DNA of 64,000 nucleotides from a virus (Duplodnaviria; Caudoviricetes): IMG/VR virus record IMGVR_UViG_3300002179_000002, positions 11,861 to 75,860 of that record; one strand, 5' to 3'. Shown piece by piece: positions 60,013 to 64,000 of this stretch (position 1 is its first letter; each line of letters starts with the position of its first letter). The notes under the pieces were generated by a model. It saw only the letters and a program-made list of their open reading frames with translations, ran no database searches and was not told where the DNA came from. The position numbers and the translations under genes were made by a program.

Positions 60013-60035
60013 AAAATAAATATTAATTTTATAGC

Positions 60036-60377
60036 ATGAAACTACAACTTGATACAGAAAAGAAAACCATTACCCTATCAGAGAATGTAAAACTTGAGGA
60101 TTTAGTCAATCTACTTACTCAATTACTACCAGATGATAAGTGGAAAGAATATACTCTTGAGACTTCTACAATAGTTAATTGGTCACCAAATATTATCCCT
60201 CAACCTACTATTCTACCTTGGACAGAAGTCATCAGAACACCTCTGCCATATCATGAAGGTGACATACTACCTTACCCAAGACGTTATCCTTGGATCACTT
60301 GTGATGTAAAACCTGGTTATAGTAACCTATATTCAATAAGTAAAGGTATTTACAACATAGAACTGAAAGATGAATAA
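60036..60377 (+). CDS. Hypothetical protein
   Basis: Pro-rich middle; promoter element 4 nt upstream of the ATG. Confidence 0.6.
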   Translation: MKLQLDTEKKTITLSENVKLEDLVNLLTQLLPDDKWKEYTLETSTIVNWSPNIIPQPTILPWTEVIRTPLPYHEGDILPYPRRYPWITCDVKPGYSNLYSISKGIYNIELKDE

Positions 60378-60897
60378 AATATATGCGGGCATAGATATCG
60401 GGAAACAGGGTTTTATCACTATTTATGATGATACTCTTAAAACATATGAGTTTATCCCCTTACCTAAGATTGGTAATGAAATTGATGAACTTGTTTTGGA
60501 TGGACTAATTAAATCACTAAAGTCTGAATATGAAATAATTCACTGTGTTATCGAAGATCTGCACAGCGTTTTCGGCTCGAGTTCGAAGTCGACGTTTAAT
60601 TTTGGCTATGTTGTTGGTATAGTGAACGCTATCTTAGTTGCTAACAGAATTTCTTTCACTCGTGTGGCACCCAAGAAGTGGCAAAAACTTCTTTGGGAAG
60701 GTATTCCTGTTCAAAAAAAACCTTCAGGTTCTGGACTTACTATGGTTAACGATACAAAGCTCATGTCTGAAATGGCTGCTAAGAGACTCTTCCCTACACT
60801 TGATTTTAGAAGAACACCTAAATGTAAGAAGAACGACGATAATCTCGTGGATTCATGTTTACTAGCCTATTATTGTTACAGAAACTTTAAGAACTAA
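60370..60897 (+). CDS. Holliday junction resolvase (RuvC-like)
   Basis: GIDIG, VIE, FNFG...G, PKKWQK and DNLVDSCLL motifs. Confidence 0.85.
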   Translation: MNKIYAGIDIGKQGFITIYDDTLKTYEFIPLPKIGNEIDELVLDGLIKSLKSEYEIIHCVIEDLHSVFGSSSKSTFNFGYVVGIVNAILVANRISFTRVAPKKWQKLLWEGIPVQKKPSGSGLTMVNDTKLMSEMAAKRLFPTLDFRRTPKCKKNDDNLVDSCLLAYYCYRNFKN

Positions 60898-60899
60898 CC

Positions 60900-61235
60900 A
60901 TGCCTCAATTCAAATGCACTAATCCAGACTGCTCCTACACTGTTTATATCTCAGATGTCAGATACGTTAATATAAATGGCTCTCTTAAAGCCAAAGTCGA
61001 TAACTGTATATTATGCCATTCTACACTTGAAACCTTGTTAGAACCTATTGAGATTAAAGATATAGCTGTGTCTGCAGGGAGGTTCAAATCCCTATCTGAA
61101 TCTGATAAGAAAGTTGAGCTTAAAAAGAGGGCAAAGAAGCACTTTAAACAATTCGACAAAGAAGCAGTTGCTTCCAAGCGTAATGATATGATAAACGAAA
61201 TCAAAGAAAAATTTAATCAAAACAGACATGCTTAA
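60900..61235 (+). CDS. Zinc-ribbon protein
   Basis: CTNPDC...CILC. Confidence 0.6.
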   Translation: MPQFKCTNPDCSYTVYISDVRYVNINGSLKAKVDNCILCHSTLETLLEPIEIKDIAVSAGRFKSLSESDKKVELKKRAKKHFKQFDKEAVASKRNDMINEIKEKFNQNRHA

Positions 61236-61536
61236 AAATGCTAATACATTATCCTATATCTCAGAAATATCTGGTAAAAGCATATTAATAGTCAGAAACG
61301 ATGTGGAAGAAGAATGGTACACATATTTGCTGGACTCATTTTCACCAGCAAATCATTCCAACCATATTTATGATAACACAGTCTCCGGTAAAGACCTTTC
61401 TGGTATCTTAACTTCACTTGGAGGGTACTCTCATGGTTTTGATAACTCAGGAGAGATAGCTATCCTATCAAAAATCAATGAACTTGTCTCAATCAAATTT
61501 ACTTTTAATGGATTTCGTTGGATTAAGATAAATTAA
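61228..61536 (+). CDS. Hypothetical protein
   Basis: Overlapping operonic ORF. Confidence 0.55.
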   Translation: MLKNANTLSYISEISGKSILIVRNDVEEEWYTYLLDSFSPANHSNHIYDNTVSGKDLSGILTSLGGYSHGFDNSGEIAILSKINELVSIKFTFNGFRWIKIN

Positions 61537-61561
61537 TATATTTCGTATTTCTTTAATTATT

Positions 61562-61593
61562 GCATTGATTCTTAACGGATTAATGCTTTCTTT
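61562..61593 (+). terminator. Putative terminator
   Basis: Stem gcattgattc/ggattaatgc (with G-U pairs) followed by tttcttt. Confidence 0.5.
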
Positions 61594-61605
61594 GTTTAGA
61601 TTATT

Positions 61606-61700
61606 ATTTATAATCGTTATAAATTAAGGTTTTTCTTAAAAATAATTAAATAAGATATAAGATCTAATGTTTTTTATATTAATTTTATGGCATAATTAAA
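61606..61700 (+). promoter_or_regulatory. Promoter: palindrome 61606-61624, then GATATAAGA-N17-TAATTTTATGGCATAATTAA
   Basis: Nearly the same as the promoter at 63823-63906. Confidence 0.7.
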
Positions 61701-61711
61701 AACCATTAATC

Positions 61712-61843
61712 ATGAAAAATTTTACTCAAAATCATCCTGAAACAGTAGCAACAATTCTTGCACTTGCAGTTCTTGCAATAGGATATGGAATTTACCTATT
61801 ATCATTAAATGCTTTACAGTTAGAACACCTCTTACACTATTAA
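61712..61843 (+). CDS. Small membrane peptide (43 aa; not in the ORF track)
   Basis: MKNFTQNHPETVATILALAVLAIGYGIYLL... is the first ORF after the promoter. Confidence 0.55.
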   Translation: MKNFTQNHPETVATILALAVLAIGYGIYLLSLNALQLEHLLHY

Positions 61844-61845
61844 TC

Positions 61846-61974
61846 ATGAAAGCAATATTCAACTTCATAAAACGTCTCTGGAATGCATTCACATCTATTC
61901 CAGAATTAACAAAAGAAGAGATTGAAGATCCAGAATCAGATCAGGGTAAAAACAGAAAAAGAAGCAAATACTAA
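61846..61974 (+). CDS. Small hypothetical protein (42 aa; not in the ORF track)
   Basis: MKAIFNFIKRLWNAF...; same taatcATG start context as its neighbours. Confidence 0.5.
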   Translation: MKAIFNFIKRLWNAFTSIPELTKEEIEDPESDQGKNRKRSKY

Positions 61975-61984
61975 TAATTTCGTT

Positions 61985-62167
61985 ATGGCAACTATAAAAG
62001 ATTTACATAAAAATGACATATTTGAATTTAATGATATTGAATATATTGTTCAAAAGAAATATAAAGATGATGATCACCCTCTTGTAGCTTACAATGATTT
62101 TGATTGTCGTGATGAATATTTCTTTAATGAAGACTTGGAAATTGTTATTTTATCAGAAACTAATTAA
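61985..62167 (+). CDS. Small hypothetical protein (start corrected to ATG 61985)
   Basis: MATIKDLHKNDIFEF... Confidence 0.55.
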   Translation: MATIKDLHKNDIFEFNDIEYIVQKKYKDDDHPLVAYNDFDCRDEYFFNEDLEIVILSETN

Positions 62168-62191
62168 TCATTCACTTAATATTTCGTAATC

Positions 62192-63181
62192 ATGGCACAC
62201 AATTTAGCAATCGATTCAAAAACAGGAGAAGCATCATTGTATCTCCTCAAACAAAAGGCTTGGCACAATTTAGGTCAAGTAGTTGAAACAGCAAAGAACT
62301 CAGATGAAGTTCTTAAAATAGCTCACCTCGATTATCAGGTTGAGAAAATACCAAACTTTGTCAATATCAATGATGAGTTCATCCCTACTTCTTCTTTCTC
62401 TTTAATTAGAACCGACAATCATGACATCCTTTATTCAGTAGCACAATCCAAATACACTGTGATGCAGAACATAGAGGCATTCAAATATATGGACTCACTG
62501 GTGAATGCCAAGTCAGACATCATATATGAAACTGCTGGAGCACTTGGCAAAGGCGAGACTACTTTCGTTACTGCTAAACTTCCAGGTTATATGAGAATAA
62601 ATGGTTCAGATGACATCATTGAGAAGTTCTTAGTATTCACCAACTCACATGCAGGTGGTGCTCTTTCCTTATATTTCACCGATGTAAGAGTTGTCTGTAA
62701 CAATACACTCAATGCCTCTTTTAAAGGTGCCACCAACAGAATCAATCTGAAGCACACAGCTAATATGTCGGACAGGCTTAAAGAAGGTGCTAAGTTACTT
62801 GATCTCTCCTACAAATATAATGCTGAGTTTGAAGAGATCCTCAATCATCTTGTCAAGTTTCAACTGAATGAAACAGTAGCCAAGAATATAATCCATAACA
62901 CGTTTCTAACGGCAGAAGAAATAGAGATGATGAATACTGTTGATGGCATCTCAACACGTAAGAGAAATACCTTAGATGACGTTTTCAGGGCAATAGAGAC
63001 TGCTCCTGGTCAAGATCTGCATCGTGGTTCAGCACTACACCTTTATAATGGTGTTACTTCCTACTTCCAGAATGTTAAGACTTACAAGTCAGAAGACAGG
63101 AAGATGGCTGGCATCAACTTAGGTGGTGATGAATCCATAGCAGCACAGAGAGTTTTCAATCAATTATTATTATTGAAGTAA
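62192..63181 (+). CDS. DUF932 (phage/plasmid-like) protein
   Basis: MAHNL...AWHNLG...YTVMQN...YETAGAL...NSH.G...VRVVCNNT. Confidence 0.9.
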   Translation: MAHNLAIDSKTGEASLYLLKQKAWHNLGQVVETAKNSDEVLKIAHLDYQVEKIPNFVNINDEFIPTSSFSLIRTDNHDILYSVAQSKYTVMQNIEAFKYMDSLVNAKSDIIYETAGALGKGETTFVTAKLPGYMRINGSDDIIEKFLVFTNSHAGGALSLYFTDVRVVCNNTLNASFKGATNRINLKHTANMSDRLKEGAKLLDLSYKYNAEFEEILNHLVKFQLNETVAKNIIHNTFLTAEEIEMMNTVDGISTRKRNTLDDVFRAIETAPGQDLHRGSALHLYNGVTSYFQNVKTYKSEDRKMAGINLGGDESIAAQRVFNQLLLLK

Positions 63182-63190
63182 TTTATAATC

Positions 63191-63225
63191 GGGGAGAGGT
63201 CATTGTGGTCTCTCCCTTTTATTTT
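63191..63225 (+). terminator. Rho-independent terminator
   Basis: Stem gggagag/tctccc followed by ttttatttt. Confidence 0.75.
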
Positions 63226-63254
63226 GTTAACACCTATTTAAAACAGTCATCACT

Positions 63255-63713
63255 ATGGATTACAAAATGTTTGAAATGAAAATTGAAGAATTCATCATTG
63301 GTAAAGGTAGAGTCACTTTCAGAGAGATAAGAAAGGAATTCAATGCCACAGCAGATGATTTACTACCTATTTCTAATGCTATATCTCAACTTATTCTTAA
63401 GAACTGTTGGCGAACAGAATATGATCACAGCAGGTTATATGTAACTACAGAATCTGCAGCTGATAAGAGGGATCAGGTTACCGAGTGTAAGCATTGTGAT
63501 TGTGTTCAAGTTCTTCTGCCCAAATGTATCCCTGCAGATGGTGACTGGGTTGTTACTTGTCTGGAGAACAATAATCGTCTCTATTTTGATAAATCATATA
63601 CCAGAGATGAGGTGCGTGGAGCATTTGCTAAGATCAACAAAGTCAAGTTTGAGAAATGCAATGCCAAAATGTACCACAAAGTTGCTTCCTATAAGATGAT
63701 GCAGAACTTCTAA
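63255..63713 (+). CDS. Hypothetical protein (possible winged-helix N-terminus)
   Basis: 152-aa ORF; GRVTFREIRKEF. Confidence 0.55.
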   Translation: MDYKMFEMKIEEFIIGKGRVTFREIRKEFNATADDLLPISNAISQLILKNCWRTEYDHSRLYVTTESAADKRDQVTECKHCDCVQVLLPKCIPADGDWVVTCLENNNRLYFDKSYTRDEVRGAFAKINKVKFEKCNAKMYHKVASYKMMQNF

Positions 63714-63735
63714 CATAGTCTATTAGTTACTTTTT

Positions 63736-63772
63736 AAAGCCTATTTTCTCCCAGATTATAGGCTTTTATTTT
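63736..63772 (+). terminator. Putative terminator
   Basis: Stem aaagcctat/ataggcttt followed by a T-rich tail. Confidence 0.55.
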
Positions 63773-63906
63773 ATTTATAACTCTTTTAAATAAAGTTAAC
63801 TACTTAATAATCAATCAGTATTATTTATAATGTTTATAAATTAAGTTTATTTTTAATTAAGATATAAGAACTAACGATATTTATATTAATTTTATGGCAT
63901 AATTAA
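63773..63906 (+). promoter_or_regulatory. Promoter with two upstream palindromes (63773-63791 and 63823-63841)
   Basis: GATATAAGA-N17-TAATTTTATGGCATAATTAA, as at 61654-61699. Confidence 0.7.
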
Positions 63907-63931
63907 TTCAAACAATTTAAAATTAAACATC

Positions 63932-64000
63932 ATGGCAACAATAACATTAAAGGACAAAGCAGGGAATATCCTAGATAATAATGAAATCGTCTATTTGAAT
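63932..64000 (+). CDS. 3'-truncated hypothetical protein
   Basis: MATITLKDKAGNILDNNEIVYLN runs off the end of the window. Confidence 0.5.
   Translation, partial: MATITLKDKAGNILDNNEIVYLN

Noticed and set aside
1-64000. Minus-strand and nested alternative-frame ORFs in the track
   Set aside because: They lie antisense to or inside well-supported + strand genes, have no recognisable motifs, and mirror codon bias.
1-64000. Stop-codon reassignment (alternative genetic code)
   Set aside because: Core genes are full length under the standard code and coding density is high; TAG and TGA both end genes at sensible places.
1-64000. CRISPR array, tRNA, rRNA, integrase or IS element
   Set aside because: No repeat-spacer pattern, cloverleaf or recombinase/transposase motif was seen; intergenic gaps are short and explained by promoters and terminators. 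A tRNAscan/Infernal run would be needed to be certain.

Overview
This window is 64 kb of a large, apparently lytic, AT-rich tailed phage genome, with essentially all genes on the + strand. Bases 1-29.1 kb hold a SPO1/Twort (Herelleviridae)-like myovirus virion module: prohead protease, scaffold, major capsid protein, neck, sheath, tube, tape measure, hub, baseplate and fibres. Bases 29-34 kb hold small accessory genes. Bases 34-61 kb hold terminase plus replication, recombination and nucleotide metabolism genes: DEDDh exonuclease, DnaB-like helicase, HNH homing endonuclease, primase, DnaE, ThyX, SSB, SbcCD-like nuclease, RecA and a RuvC-like resolvase. Bases 61.7-64 kb hold early-type small genes. 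TAnnTTT(G/A) promoters, no obvious Shine-Dalgarno sequences and DUF5977 repeats point to a Bacteroidota host. Three things stand out. (1) A dispersed family of proteins shares leader peptides, hydrophobic-x-K-[A/S/G] sites like the predicted capsid maturation site, and short aromatic modules fused to swappable cargo domains (zincins, DUF3626-like, DUF5661-like); this looks like a protease-matured, capsid-packaged polymorphic effector system. (2) A GC-shifted cluster encodes a FAD oxidoreductase-dNTPase fusion, a motif-altered second ThyX and an MBD4-like glycosylase fused to a thymidylate-synthase-like domain, next to a probable remnant of a trimeric dUTPase gene; this suggests an uncharacterised pyrimidine modification and repair pathway. 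(3) A 19-bp palindrome sits upstream of seven promoters at helically phased distances. All family assignments come from reading motifs by eye; no database search was run.
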